Origin: a virus | Reading direction: 5' to 3' (one strand) | Virus record (IMG/VR): IMGVR_UViG_3300010373_000002 | Span: 1 to 64,000 of that record | Length of the DNA stretch: 64,000 nt | Part shown: positions 44,991 through 55,293 of the stretch, piece after piece | Numbering within the stretch: position 1 is the first letter of the stretch | How the letters are laid out: every line of letters starts with the position of its first letter | Notes under the pieces: model-generated | What the model saw: the letters and a program-made list of their open reading frames with translations, nothing else | Told to the model about the DNA's origin: nothing | Databases searched by the model: none | Made by a program: the position numbers and the translations under genes

Positions 44991-47072
44991 ATGTATATTC
45001 GCCGTGGCGGAAGCCTACCGAAACCTCGTTGGGCGACCGGAACCACGGCTCGGAAGGGGCCGGGCGGTTATGGCGGCTCCTTCGGTTTCGGTTTCGGCGG
45101 TTCCACTTCCGCAGACGCTTTCGGCAAGAAGCCGGCTCCGACTCCGGCTCGCTTGGTCGATTGTTATAAACAGATCATCTATTCCTGCATCACCCTCAAT
45201 CAAGGCGCGGTCTCCTCGAACCCCCTCCGTCTCTACGCCTATCTCGACAAGAGCGACAAGAAGAAGGCGTGGGACGGCAGACCGATCGAACGCAAGCATC
45301 GGCTCCGCACCAACGAAGCCTTGAAGTCGATGGGGTCGCGATATATCAGCGACGAGGTTGAAGAGGTCACTTCCCACGTCGCCTTGGACGTCATCTCGCG
45401 GCCGAACAAATACTTCGACGGCAACAGCCTACTCCAATATATCGTCGTGTCGATGGATGTCGTCGGCGCGTTCTACGCGGAACCGTTGGGATCGCGACTC
45501 GGCAATCCGGTCAAGGAACTCTGGCCTTTGCCGCCGCATTACGTGTTTCCGGTTCCCGAGGTCGCCGATTTCGCCGAAATAGATTACTACCTCTTTGGTT
45601 CGCTCCGCTTCGAATTCGAAGAGTTGATCCGCATCCAATGGAACGACCTTCGCAATCCCTACCTCAACAACTACTCGCCGACGCGAGCCGCCTTTCAGTA
45701 TGCCGGACTAGAAGACGAGTGGGTTTCGACCCAACGCCAAACCTTCGAGAACGGCCCCGGTCCCTCCGCAGTCTTCTCGCCTAAAGACCCCGAGTTCACC
45801 TTCTCGCCCGAGACTCGGGTTCGCCTGGAAACCGCCCTTAACATCAAACACACCGCCGGAGGGCGGGGCAGAGCCTTAGTGACCGACGGTGCGTTGGATA
45901 TGCACCCGATCACCTACCCGCCCAACGAGGTCGCCGAAACCGGAGTCGCCGAGTACGACCTGGAGAGAATCTGTAACTGTTTCGGCGTGCATCCCGCTCA
46001 GATGTCGCGCGACACGAATATGGCGAACATGCAGGCGGCGAACGAGCATCACGCCAAAAGAGCCGTGCTTCCTCGCTGTATCGCCATCGCCAACGGTCTC
46101 ACTCGCGAGGTCGCTCAGAGATACGACAAGCGTTTATTCTTCGCCTTCGATCCCGTCGTCACGCCCGACCTCAAACTTCAAGCCGAGATTCACGACAAGT
46201 ACATATCCAACGGCGTCTACACGATCAACCGCGTGCGAGCGGACTTGGGCGAGCAACCGAGCGATTACGGCGAACTGCCTTGGTTCAGCAACAAACTGAT
46301 CCAGCCGGACGCGATGGCCGAGCAGATGGATCACGAGCAAGAGATGGATCGCGCCCAACTGCGGGAGTCGCGAGCGGCCAGATTGGCTCAACAAGCGGCG
46401 GCGACGGCGGCGGCGACGGCGGCGGCGAACAAACCGAAGAAGCCCGCAGGAAAGTCGTTCCCCGATCACTTGGTCGAAACGGTCGGCAGGTTGGACGAAC
46501 GGTTGCGAGTCATCGCCAATAAACTTCTCGCTTCCGAAGGGACCGACAATGGCTTCGGTCTTAGCGATGCTCTTACTCTCGCCGCTTATCTACGCAACCT
46601 TGACCGTCGCGTTGACGATTCCTCGCTCGATACGGTCCCTGTTCAAATCCCCGAGGCAATCACCTTGAATTGCGGCGCAATCAACGAGCCTCCCGAAGAA
46701 CCTTTGCCGGCTCCGGTCGTCGCTCCCGACGAGACCCCTTCCGAGAGCGTCGCGATCGAGCAAGCCGACGAGGAATTCGACTGGACGCACGACGGCTTCT
46801 TGGCTCGCCGCGTCGCCGAGGAAGCGGACATTTCCAAAGCGGTCGAAGTCGAAACCGAGGCTTTCGATATAGAGAACCCCGTTCACGTCTTCGGCTATTC
46901 GACCGACCCGGAGACGCCTGCGGCCGAAGAATCCAATGAATCCGAAACAATCCAATCGTTAATCCAGACCGCCGCCGAAGAAACGCCTCCCTCCGAGCCT
47001 GAGAAGGCGGTTGCTCCCAAGAAACGCAAACGTCGCAAGAAAGCCAAAGAGGAGGCCGAAATTGCCCCTTGA
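44991..47072 (+). CDS. Portal protein (HK97-type) with long acidic C-terminal extension
   Basis: RPN, ELWPL.P, SP, F.NG..P, IC..FGV.P, G..TIN.VR; position after terL. Confidence 0.92.
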   Translation: MYIRRGGSLPKPRWATGTTARKGPGGYGGSFGFGFGGSTSADAFGKKPAPTPARLVDCYKQIIYSCITLNQGAVSSNPLRLYAYLDKSDKKKAWDGRPIERKHRLRTNEALKSMGSRYISDEVEEVTSHVALDVISRPNKYFDGNSLLQYIVVSMDVVGAFYAEPLGSRLGNPVKELWPLPPHYVFPVPEVADFAEIDYYLFGSLRFEFEELIRIQWNDLRNPYLNNYSPTRAAFQYAGLEDEWVSTQRQTFENGPGPSAVFSPKDPEFTFSPETRVRLETALNIKHTAGGRGRALVTDGALDMHPITYPPNEVAETGVAEYDLERICNCFGVHPAQMSRDTNMANMQAANEHHAKRAVLPRCIAIANGLTREVAQRYDKRLFFAFDPVVTPDLKLQAEIHDKYISNGVYTINRVRADLGEQPSDYGELPWFSNKLIQPDAMAEQMDHEQEMDRAQLRESRAARLAQQAAATAAATAAANKPKKPAGKSFPDHLVETVGRLDERLRVIANKLLASEGTDNGFGLSDALTLAAYLRNLDRRVDDSSLDTVPVQIPEAITLNCGAINEPPEEPLPAPVVAPDETPSESVAIEQADEEFDWTHDGFLARRVAEEADISKAVEVETEAFDIENPVHVFGYSTDPETPAAEESNESETIQSLIQTAAEETPPSEPEKAVAPKKRKRRKKAKEEAEIAP

Positions 47073-48579
47073 TATCACTTGCTCGAAATCGTCCGTCGCC
47101 AAGGTCGATGTCTCCGTCGAAGCCGTCCAAGAGAACGAGAAGCGTTGGGCCGTATTCACGATCACGACCGACGACGTTGACCGTACCGGCGACGTGATTA
47201 TCGCCACCGGCGGCGACTACGCCGATTATTTGAAGAACCCTGTCGTTCTAGCCGTTCACGATATGTACTCGTGGCCGGTCGGGACCGCCGAAACGATCGA
47301 GGTTCAGCCGGATAAGCGGTCGGTGAAGTCTAAAGTCGTATTCCCGGACGGCGACCCCGAGATCGACCGGCTCTACAACCTGATCAAACAAAATGTCGTC
47401 AGAGGTTGCTCGGTCCAAATTCGCGTCCACTCGCAAGGGCCTCCCACCAAGGAAGAGTTGAAGGCTCGTCCCGATTGGGCGGGGGCTTCCAACATTATCC
47501 GCCAGTGGTCGCTGATCGAATGGTCGATCTGTCCGATCGGCATGAACCAGAACGCCTTGCTCGAAGCCGTCAAAAAAGGTCTGACGATCGAAGGCAAAGT
47601 GGCCGAATGGATCGAACCGCCGACGTGCGAGGTTCCCTTCAAGGAAACGAAGATTTCCGAGAAGCATTGGGACGAGGACGGGGCGGTCGCTCGACTCAAG
47701 CGTTGGGCGTCCAAAGACGGTTCCGGCGATCTCGATCAGATGGATTGGGATAAGTACCGCGAAGGTTTCGCGTGGTGCGATTACGAGAATCGAGAATCGT
47801 TCAAATCCTACAGGTTTCCACACCATGATGTCGTTCACGGTGAACTTGTAGTCGTAAGAGAATACCTTGATAACATTTTAACATACGGAATATTCGATTC
47901 ATTCAAGGTTTCGGAATACGAAAAAGTCGGAAATCATCTCGCGAAACACTATGGACAATGGGGTGAAAAAGCTCCCTGGGATCATGAACAACCAAAGGAA
48001 GACGATATGAGCCTGTTTGATGCCAAGGGGCCTGTTCCCCACGAAAAACAAAATCACATGGACGGCAAGTTCGACCATAGGGAGGCTTTGAATCGGGTCC
48101 GAAAAATGTGTTCGATCGACGGCACGGCGAAACAAGAGGACATGAACTTCTCTCTATACGCCAAGGCTTTCGCTCACGTTAATCCCGAAAGAGTGGACAA
48201 ATTCGACGGCTACTCTTTGCTTCACCACGACGTTGATAAAAAAGGCGTTATGTGTATGCACAAGATGGGGTTGCAGGATGCCGACATGAAGCTCGTCAAG
48301 GGAGATCACAATATCCCCGAGGAGCACATGGAAGGCGTCAAGGACCACATCCGCAAGCATTATCAAGAAATGGAATCGAAGCCCGTCTTCGACGATCACG
48401 GCCACAAAGCCTTGGATCAACCGGCCGAATTGGACGCGAATAAAGCCAAATTGGATGAAATCGCCGCCCGCCTCAAAGCGACGTCGAGAATCAAGAAAGC
48501 GGCCGAGAAGCCGATCGAAGTCCCGATCGAAGACACCGTGAAAACCGTGCTCGATCGCCTTCGTGGTTACACTTCCTAA
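47062..48579 (+). CDS. HK97-family prohead protease with two extra C-terminal repeat domains
   Basis: GGAGG and TTG 47062; DR.GD, NPVVL..H, SV, L.E.S...I.MN; two WD..A..R...F...Y...HHDV units. Confidence 0.88.
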   Translation: MPLDITCSKSSVAKVDVSVEAVQENEKRWAVFTITTDDVDRTGDVIIATGGDYADYLKNPVVLAVHDMYSWPVGTAETIEVQPDKRSVKSKVVFPDGDPEIDRLYNLIKQNVVRGCSVQIRVHSQGPPTKEELKARPDWAGASNIIRQWSLIEWSICPIGMNQNALLEAVKKGLTIEGKVAEWIEPPTCEVPFKETKISEKHWDEDGAVARLKRWASKDGSGDLDQMDWDKYREGFAWCDYENRESFKSYRFPHHDVVHGELVVVREYLDNILTYGIFDSFKVSEYEKVGNHLAKHYGQWGEKAPWDHEQPKEDDMSLFDAKGPVPHEKQNHMDGKFDHREALNRVRKMCSIDGTAKQEDMNFSLYAKAFAHVNPERVDKFDGYSLLHHDVDKKGVMCMHKMGLQDADMKLVKGDHNIPEEHMEGVKDHIRKHYQEMESKPVFDDHGHKALDQPAELDANKAKLDEIAARLKATSRIKKAAEKPIEVPIEDTVKTVLDRLRGYTS

Positions 48580-48670
48580 TATCACTTCCTTTTAAGTTCT
48601 CATTCGATTTTTCCCACCCAAATAGTCGCACGGCGCTATTCGTGCGCCTACGCGCAAAGGATTCATTTTC

Positions 48671-50083
48671 ATGCGTCAAATCGAAATGCTCAAGTCCTAC
48701 AACGGACTCGAAAAGGGCAGCAAATACGAGGTCAACGACGACGAAGCGGATTTGCTGGTCAAAGCCGAAATCGCCAAGTTGGTCGTGGAAGAGAAGGCCG
48801 CTCCGGTCGCCGGCATGACTCAAGAGGACTTGATCAAAACGATCACGGGCGTCTTGACTCAACTCGACGCGGTTTCCGAGCGTAAAAGCAAGGTCGCCAA
48901 CCCGGCCGAGGCCAAAGAGCCGCGTTCCTTGGGCGAGTGGTTCAAAGAGTTGGCGTTCGCGAACTCTCAGTCGATGGATATTCCCGCCGACCGCAAAAAG
49001 AGCGCCGTCAATATTTTGGTGAAGAAGTACGAGACGGAGTTCAACCGCTCGTTCGACAGCGACTTCAGCGAAGGTCTCAACCGAGACGCCGCCAAAGTGG
49101 CGAAGTCGATGGGTTACGCCGGCGACACCGTTCAGAAGGCGTCGGCCTTGGGCGAAACGTCGAGCGGCTTGGGCGGAGCCTTGGTTCCGTTCGAATTCAT
49201 GCCGCAACTCATGACCTTGATCGAGAATCAAGCCGACCTGATGCCCAAGTGTCGCCAAGTGCCCATGAACGGGACTTCGCTCACCTTCCCCGCCCTCGAT
49301 TACTCGCTCGGCGGCAGCGGCGCGAACCCCTTTCTGGCCGGCATGAAGGCGTCGTGGGGAACCGATGGGGCCACGTTCAACCAACAGAACCCCAACTTCC
49401 GCCAGATCGAACTCAAGCCGAACATCTTGAGCGGTTACACGGTCGCCTCGAAGAATTTGGTCGAAGATTCGCCGGAGACGGTGGGCGCGATCTTGAGCGA
49501 GTTGATCTCTCAGACCGCCGCGTTCTACATCGACTACGCGATCCTCTTCGGCTCGGGCGCGAACCAGCCGCTCGGCGTCTTCAACGCTCCGGCGACGATC
49601 AGCGTCAACCGGGCGGGGACGGCCAACGGCAACTACAACACCGACTTGACCGCGATGAACGCCAAGATGCTCCGCTCCAAGGGCAAGTCTTCGCCGTTCT
49701 GGATCACGTCTCCCTCGGTCGAACAACTCATCTTGGAGATGACCGACTCGACCGGCCGCTTGATCTTCCTGCCCAACTTCCCGAACCCGACCGGCGGCCA
49801 GGTTCAGTCGAACTACGGCGATCGGCTCTACAAGTACCCGTACATCGTCTCGCAACTCGCCGCTTCGGCCGCGACCGCAGGCGACTTGTTCCTCTTGGAC
49901 TTGGACAAATACTTCCTCGGTATGCGCAAGCAGCTTGAGGTTCAAGTGTCCGATCAGGTCAACTTCCTGAGCTACCAACTCGTGTGGCGGTTCATCCTCC
50001 GTTGCGACGGCAAGCCGTGGCTCAACACCAGCTTAACCTTGCAGAACGGCGACGTCGTTTCCCCGTTCGTCTACCGCAATTGA
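48671..50083 (+). CDS. Major capsid protein (HK97 fold)
   Basis: GGALVP, S..L..DS, D.AI..G.G..QP.G, R...R.DG.P. Confidence 0.95.
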   Translation: MRQIEMLKSYNGLEKGSKYEVNDDEADLLVKAEIAKLVVEEKAAPVAGMTQEDLIKTITGVLTQLDAVSERKSKVANPAEAKEPRSLGEWFKELAFANSQSMDIPADRKKSAVNILVKKYETEFNRSFDSDFSEGLNRDAAKVAKSMGYAGDTVQKASALGETSSGLGGALVPFEFMPQLMTLIENQADLMPKCRQVPMNGTSLTFPALDYSLGGSGANPFLAGMKASWGTDGATFNQQNPNFRQIELKPNILSGYTVASKNLVEDSPETVGAILSELISQTAAFYIDYAILFGSGANQPLGVFNAPATISVNRAGTANGNYNTDLTAMNAKMLRSKGKSSPFWITSPSVEQLILEMTDSTGRLIFLPNFPNPTGGQVQSNYGDRLYKYPYIVSQLAASAATAGDLFLLDLDKYFLGMRKQLEVQVSDQVNFLSYQLVWRFILRCDGKPWLNTSLTLQNGDVVSPFVYRN

Positions 50084-50157
50084 TCCGCACTTCAAACCCC
50101 GTTCCATTCGGCTCGGGGTCTCTATTCATATATTCATTTTTGGGAGATGATTAAGCA

Positions 50158-50628
50158 ATGCCCGCCACTCTGCAACTGCGGATCACCGATCGGATGGCTT
50201 GCGTCGGCAATGTCCTGGCGCAAAGCGTCACCACGATCCAATCGACCGACGCGATCAACTTGGGCCTCTGGAACCGGGTTCTGTTCGTCGTCAGCGTCGG
50301 AGCCATCGGGGCCAGCGCCACGGTGACGTTCACGGTCACTTCGTCCACGACTTCCGGCGGCAGCTATACGGCGCTGACCGGCGTCAATATCGGCAACGAT
50401 ACGACCGGCACGCACGTCTGGCTGGTCGAAGTCGATACCCAAGCCGTCTACAACGCGCTTAACCTCGCCAACGGCACGGATATCTTCATTAAAGGCAACG
50501 TCACCAGCACGACCGCCGCGACTCCTTGCGCCGTCGTCGCCCTGGCCGAAGGCGGACATTACTTGCCGCCGGTCTCCAGCACCTACGGCTCGCACGTCCA
50601 AACGCCCGTCGTGGTCTTGGGCGGTTAA
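50158..50628 (+). CDS. Capsid accessory/decoration protein
   Basis: Beta-rich Thr/Val protein directly after the major capsid gene. Confidence 0.6.
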   Translation: MPATLQLRITDRMACVGNVLAQSVTTIQSTDAINLGLWNRVLFVVSVGAIGASATVTFTVTSSTTSGGSYTALTGVNIGNDTTGTHVWLVEVDTQAVYNALNLANGTDIFIKGNVTSTTAATPCAVVALAEGGHYLPPVSSTYGSHVQTPVVVLGG

Positions 50629-50637
50629 TATTGCTTC

Positions 50638-50680
50638 AGCCGCCGCCCGGCCCATTTCGCAAGCCGGGCGGCGGTTTTCT
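50638..50680 (+). terminator. Rho-independent terminator
   Basis: GCCGCCGCCCGGC / GCCGGGCGGCGGT stem followed by TTTTCT. Confidence 0.8.
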
Positions 50681-50702
50681 CAACGACGCAAAGGAGTCCG
50701 TC

Positions 50703-50843
50703 ATGTCTTGGCTCTCAAGCGTCGTCGGTAACGGAACCGGAGTGTCGGTCTCCTTGGCCGCGCTTTCGTTAGTCCTTATTACATCATTATTTAATACTGC
50801 TTGTTTGTCTATCGTCTTATTAAAGGCGATCGGCAAAAAATGA
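50703..50843 (+). CDS. Small membrane protein (46 aa)
   Basis: AAGGAG RBS; hydrophobic helix, KK end. Confidence 0.65.
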   Translation: MSWLSSVVGNGTGVSVSLAALSLVLITSLFNTACLSIVLLKAIGKK

Positions 50844-50860
50844 AATAAGAAAGAGAAACC

Positions 50861-51169
50861 ATGTCCGCTTTGCTCACGCACACGCTCACTCCCGAAGGTC
50901 CGGTCGGCGACAGCGCCCAAGTCGAACTCGATTACACGGTGGACGGAACCGGGGCCGCTCCCATCGTCAATCCCGTCTCCAGCCCGTTCGAGATCGACCT
51001 CGCTCCCGGCCAAGTCTTCACGGGAACCGCGTCGTTCATCTCGCCGACCGGCGTCAAGAGCGACCCGACCCCGGTCCTCTCTTTTACCGCCGTTGACGAC
51101 ATCAAGCCGGCCGCGCCTTCCGATCTGAAAGTGACCGGCAAGGTAAAAAAATTGCAGGCGGCGGTCTGA
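50861..51169 (+). CDS. Small beta-sandwich (Fn3/Ig-like) protein
   Basis: G.KSDP...PAAPSDL.V pattern. Confidence 0.6.
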   Translation: MSALLTHTLTPEGPVGDSAQVELDYTVDGTGAAPIVNPVSSPFEIDLAPGQVFTGTASFISPTGVKSDPTPVLSFTAVDDIKPAAPSDLKVTGKVKKLQAAV

Positions 51170-51189
51170 AACTTTGGGTTGCTCTTGCC

Positions 51190-51393
51190 GTGTCCATCGC
51201 CACGTCTCTTTACGAGGTTTCCCATCCCGGCGAAACCGTAACCACGCCGGACGCACCGCCGACCGCCGCCGCAGTCAAAGCGCTTGAGGACGAATTCGAG
51301 GGCTTGCTTCGCCTCAACGCCCAACTCTCCAAGGCGGCGGAGGCGGCGAAGCAAGAGAAACAACCCGTTAAAGCGACCACCGGACCTTCATAA
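51190..51393 (+). CDS. Hypothetical protein
   Basis: Operonic ORF, weak RBS. Confidence 0.45.
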   Translation: MSIATSLYEVSHPGETVTTPDAPPTAAAVKALEDEFEGLLRLNAQLSKAAEAAKQEKQPVKATTGPS

Positions 51394-51415
51394 AACGACT
51401 TATAAAGGGAATAAG

Positions 51416-51748
51416 ATGTCACTACTCACCGACGCGCCCTCGGTTAATTTTTGCAACAACCAAATCCGGCCGTTTTGCGACGTCTACGGCAAGGCAATCC
51501 AAGCGGCGATGCTCTTGGACGCCCAGTGGAACGCCAAAGGTCTTTCGGTTTCCATCCCCAACGACGCCGCCGTGATCATCGCGGACGGTTCTCAGGCCGG
51601 AGCCTTGCCCCAACCGGACGGGCGCACCTCGATCACCGGGGCCGACGTTCACAACGTCATGCTCGACGCCGAGGCTTTGATCGCGAACGTGCAAGCGAAT
51701 CAAGGCTTGATCCAATCGCAAATCGTCAAGCCCGCCGTGAATATCTGA
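51416..51748 (+). CDS. Virion-associated hypothetical protein
   Basis: AAGGGA RBS; F.N..IRP..D...DG....DGR..ITGADV. Confidence 0.75.
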   Translation: MSLLTDAPSVNFCNNQIRPFCDVYGKAIQAAMLLDAQWNAKGLSVSIPNDAAVIIADGSQAGALPQPDGRTSITGADVHNVMLDAEALIANVQANQGLIQSQIVKPAVNI

Positions 51749-51752
51749 AGTC

Positions 51753-51917
51753 TCAAGTCTCGACCAAATAAGCCGTCAAGAAAAACAGCGAGACGATCGC
51801 CGCCGCCGAGCCGACAAGCAGCGGAGTCGCCCGCTCGAATACCGCGCCCGCCGCTCCCAATAAAAGCAATCCGGCGAAGCAGAAAACCGGAATCAAATCG
51901 AATGCTTTTGATCTCAT
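51753..51917 (-). CDS. Antisense 2-TM small protein (54 aa, not in ORF track)
   Basis: MRSKAFDLIPVFCFAGLLLLGAAGAVFERATPLLVGSAAAIVSLFFLTAYLVET; AAAGGA RBS; fills the intergenic gap. Confidence 0.7.
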   Translation of the reverse strand: MRSKAFDLIPVFCFAGLLLLGAAGAVFERATPLLVGSAAAIVSLFFLTAYLVET

Positions 51918-51996
51918 AAAATTATCCTTTTGTGAATCCGCCGAACACGACGACTCTTCTCCATTCTACGCGCGGAAACGGAAATAGGGACACCCC

Positions 51997-53688
51997 ATGG
52001 CCTTTAATGTCAAAGCCGCCGTCGAAGTCAACTCGTCGGGGGCCGATACCAACGGCGGCGGTTTCGACATCGGGGCCACTTTCGCGACCGACTTGGCCGC
52101 GACCGTCGCCAATACGTCCGCTCCGGTCGTGACCGCCGCCTCTTACACCGGCGGGTTCGTCGCCGGAGACGTGGGAGCCTTTCTTTATATCGCCTCGGGA
52201 ACCAATTGGATTCCGGGATTTTATCAGATCGCCTCCGTCGCGGGCGGAGCGGCAACCCTTTCGGCCGCTTGCGCCACCGTGGCATCGCCGACCGCCGGAA
52301 CTTGGGGTCTCGATTACTCGCGATCCACGTCGCCGCGCATCTCCTACGTCGATATGGCGATCGACCCGACCACTAACACCCAATTCACTTCCTCCACTAA
52401 CGCCGTCCTGCCGAATATCGTCGGCAACTATATCAAGGTCGCCTCGGGAACCGGATTCACGGTCCAAGTCGTCGAAGTCGTCTCCGTTTCCGGCGGAAAA
52501 GCGACATGCGACAAATCGCTGGGAACCCTCTCATCGACCGGAGGACACGGCGCTCTCGGCGGGGCCTTGGCGACGATCAACGCCGGGTTTGCTCTCATCA
52601 TCGGCTCGAACCACCTTTGGATCAAGAGCGGCAACTATACGACGGCGACCACGATCTCCACGTCCGTCTCCGGCAACGATACGCTCACGACCGGGCCGAC
52701 GATGATCTCCGGCTACAAAACGGTGCGCGGCGATATCGGTTATGGGCCGCTCGGCCTGAACGCTTCGAGCAGGCCCGTCGTGACGGCCACCGCCAGTTCG
52801 TTAAACGTGATCCAGACCAGCGGTCAATTCACGATCATCGAAAATCTTGTCGTCGATTCGGTCGGCGTCACGTTCTCGGCGAACACTTGCATTACCGCCA
52901 CAGGCGCTTACACGAAAGTAAGAAACTGCCTGTTGAAAAACGGATCGAACGCAGGCGTTGCGCTCGGAGGCCAATTCCAGGCGCTTGAATACAGCGAAAT
53001 CCTCGGCATGGTCGGCTCGAATCCCGCGATCAACGTCACCCAAGTCAGCACCATTGTTTACGGCTGTTCGGTCCACGACAACGCGGGCGACGGCTTCCAC
53101 TCGACGAACACCGGCGACATCATTCTCAACTCCCTGTTCGCCAACAACGCGGGCGTGGGCATCAACCTGGGGACGTTCGGCGTCGGCCACTTCATCATCG
53201 GCAACACGATCGTCGGCAGCGGCTCGCACGGCATCGGCAACCCCTCGCTCGTGTTCGGCCAGTTGGTGATCCGCGACAACATCATCGCCGACAACGGCGG
53301 CTGGGGCATCTTGGCCGTATCCTCGGGAAGCGTTCCCGACGATCCCATGTGGGACGGCAACCTCTACTACAACAACACGTCGGGCGCGATCGGCAACCTT
53401 GTCTCCGGCGCTCTCAACGCGGTCCCTTACACTCATGTCTACGACGTCAATCCGGCCTCGGCCGATCCGGTCACGTCGCACACCTCGGGCACGGCCAATT
53501 TCCCCACCGATAACTTCGGCCCGGTCACGACAGCGGGACCCAAGGCGGCGACATGGCTCTCCGCGTTCCCCGGCAACACGGCCACGGCCAACTATCGCGA
53601 CATGGGAGCCGTCCAGCATCAAGACGCGGGAAGCGGCGGTTCGCCGGGCAGACCGTTCTTCGTGCGGGGCAGCGTCATGCCGACCTAA
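51997..53688 (+). CDS. Right-handed beta-helix virion protein
   Basis: Repeated N...DN.G.G / N.I..NGG.GI turns; D.GAVQ end. Confidence 0.8.
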   Translation: MAFNVKAAVEVNSSGADTNGGGFDIGATFATDLAATVANTSAPVVTAASYTGGFVAGDVGAFLYIASGTNWIPGFYQIASVAGGAATLSAACATVASPTAGTWGLDYSRSTSPRISYVDMAIDPTTNTQFTSSTNAVLPNIVGNYIKVASGTGFTVQVVEVVSVSGGKATCDKSLGTLSSTGGHGALGGALATINAGFALIIGSNHLWIKSGNYTTATTISTSVSGNDTLTTGPTMISGYKTVRGDIGYGPLGLNASSRPVVTATASSLNVIQTSGQFTIIENLVVDSVGVTFSANTCITATGAYTKVRNCLLKNGSNAGVALGGQFQALEYSEILGMVGSNPAINVTQVSTIVYGCSVHDNAGDGFHSTNTGDIILNSLFANNAGVGINLGTFGVGHFIIGNTIVGSGSHGIGNPSLVFGQLVIRDNIIADNGGWGILAVSSGSVPDDPMWDGNLYYNNTSGAIGNLVSGALNAVPYTHVYDVNPASADPVTSHTSGTANFPTDNFGPVTTAGPKAATWLSAFPGNTATANYRDMGAVQHQDAGSGGSPGRPFFVRGSVMPT

Positions 53689-53698
53689 AGGAGTTGCC

Positions 53699-53791
53699 GT
53701 GCTCGCCGATTCCATGTGGGTTCTCGGTTCCTGTTACGTCCTCGTTTTGACGCTCGTTCTATTCACGTTCGCGGCGAGAGAGGGAGACTAA
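53699..53791 (+). CDS. Single-TM peptide (30 aa)
   Basis: AAGGAG RBS, GTG start; WVLGSCYVLVLTLVLFTF. Confidence 0.6.
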   Translation: MLADSMWVLGSCYVLVLTLVLFTFAAREGD

Positions 53792-53792
53792 T

Positions 53793-54683
53793 ATGTTTGT
53801 TCCCGGATGGAATCCCGACTTTCGCGATCAAGCCTTGGAGACGATGAAGACGGAAGGCGTCAAACTCTACCGCTCCGGTTTTCGAGCGACGCCCATCCCC
53901 AAGGCGATGTCTTTGTCATCGAAGATGATAAGATATGCAAACCAATTATCCGCAGGAACGTGCTGGGTCCACGGTCCTATTCAGGCGGTTGAAACGACCG
54001 GCAATCGTTTCGGCTTGGACGTCTTCCCGATCTGTCGGCGATTAGTCGGCTGGATCGGCAAACAGTTGGAAGGCGACGACGGCAATCCATCGGACGGCGG
54101 CAGCGGTTATGACGCCTTTATGGCGATGACTCGTAGGTTCGGCGGCGTCGCTCACGAATCGCTCTGTCCGTACACCGACAACGAAACGATCCTCGGCAAA
54201 AAGCCGCCCAAGAAAGCGTTCGAGGACGCCAAGGATCATTGGCTGGACACGATCGTTCGCGTCGAGAACTTGGACGACGCGAAACAGTGGATCGCACGCG
54301 GTCACGCGGTCGCGATCGGCTCGTGGTGGCCGACCGACTGGCAGGAACCGGACGCGATCAAGCGGTATGTCGGCGACGGCGAGTACGGCCACGAAAGATG
54401 CTTGGTAGGCTATGCCGAGGCGGGCGTGTTCGACCGGCACGAATACTTCGAAGAGATCAACTCTTGGGGCCTCGTTTACGATCCGTTGCCTACCGATCTC
54501 GCCGCCAAGGTTCCCGGCTACAAGTCGTGGACGCCCGATAAATCGGCCGGATTTTGGGTCCAAAGGGAATGCGAGGAAGAGATCACCGAAGGCAAGGGAA
54601 ACGCCGAATTCTCGACGATGACGAATCTGGACAATTTCAAACCTTTGGGCGAGGAAGTCTTCGAAATCATGGGAGCGTACTAA
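53793..54683 (+). CDS. Papain-like (C1) cysteine peptidase 1
   Basis: NQ..AGTCW; GHERCLVGY; INSWG. Confidence 0.85.
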   Translation: MFVPGWNPDFRDQALETMKTEGVKLYRSGFRATPIPKAMSLSSKMIRYANQLSAGTCWVHGPIQAVETTGNRFGLDVFPICRRLVGWIGKQLEGDDGNPSDGGSGYDAFMAMTRRFGGVAHESLCPYTDNETILGKKPPKKAFEDAKDHWLDTIVRVENLDDAKQWIARGHAVAIGSWWPTDWQEPDAIKRYVGDGEYGHERCLVGYAEAGVFDRHEYFEEINSWGLVYDPLPTDLAAKVPGYKSWTPDKSAGFWVQRECEEEITEGKGNAEFSTMTNLDNFKPLGEEVFEIMGAY

Positions 54684-55280
54684 GTGAAACTTCTCATTCT
54701 CTTGGCCGCGATCCTCGGACTAGGGGCCGGCCCTAAGACTCCGGTCTCGGGCACGATCCACGTCACTCAAATCTACTCCGACATGGCGACGACGCGGAAC
54801 TCGGTGGACCTGCAAATCGACAAGCCGACCCGCCGCTCGCTCGCCGCCGGCCAATGTATCTTTCGCGGTCTGACTATTTCCGACCCCTTGGTGACGAGTC
54901 TCGGCTATCAACCGACGATCCAGAACACTTTGATTCCCTTGGTCGTGTTTCAGGATAACTCGGGAGCTATCCTCGGGGCGATCCACGATCCCACTCCGGC
55001 TCAAGTCGTCGCTTATGTCGCCGGATTGCGGGCGATCACTCCGACGCCGACTCCCAACCCGACACCCACGCCGCCGCCGACTCCCGTTCCTCCTCCCGTG
55101 CCGCCGCCGATTCCGCCTCCGGTCCCGACGCCGACGCCGACGCCTCCGCCTAGTCCCTCGCCTTCTCCGTCGCCTTGCGTGATTTACGTGTACGTGACCG
55201 TGAACGTCAACATGGCCGCCGCTCAAGCTCCGACCTATTATCCTACTCCGACTCTTTATTATGTTCCGTGGTATAGATAA
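54684..55280 (+). CDS. Signal-peptide protein with Pro/Thr-rich linker
   Basis: MKLLILLAAILGLGAG; long PTPTP/PPVPPP tract. Confidence 0.75.
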   Translation: MKLLILLAAILGLGAGPKTPVSGTIHVTQIYSDMATTRNSVDLQIDKPTRRSLAAGQCIFRGLTISDPLVTSLGYQPTIQNTLIPLVVFQDNSGAILGAIHDPTPAQVVAYVAGLRAITPTPTPNPTPTPPPTPVPPPVPPPIPPPVPTPTPTPPPSPSPSPSPCVIYVYVTVNVNMAAAQAPTYYPTPTLYYVPWYR

Positions 55281-55293
55281 CATAGGAAGTATT

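Noticed and set aside
48491-49978. Long alternative ORFs over structural genes (48491..49978, 48937..49938, 52801..53715, 56862..57992, 57079..58245)
   Set aside because: Arg/Gly-rich shadow frames caused by GC3 codon bias of the real genes
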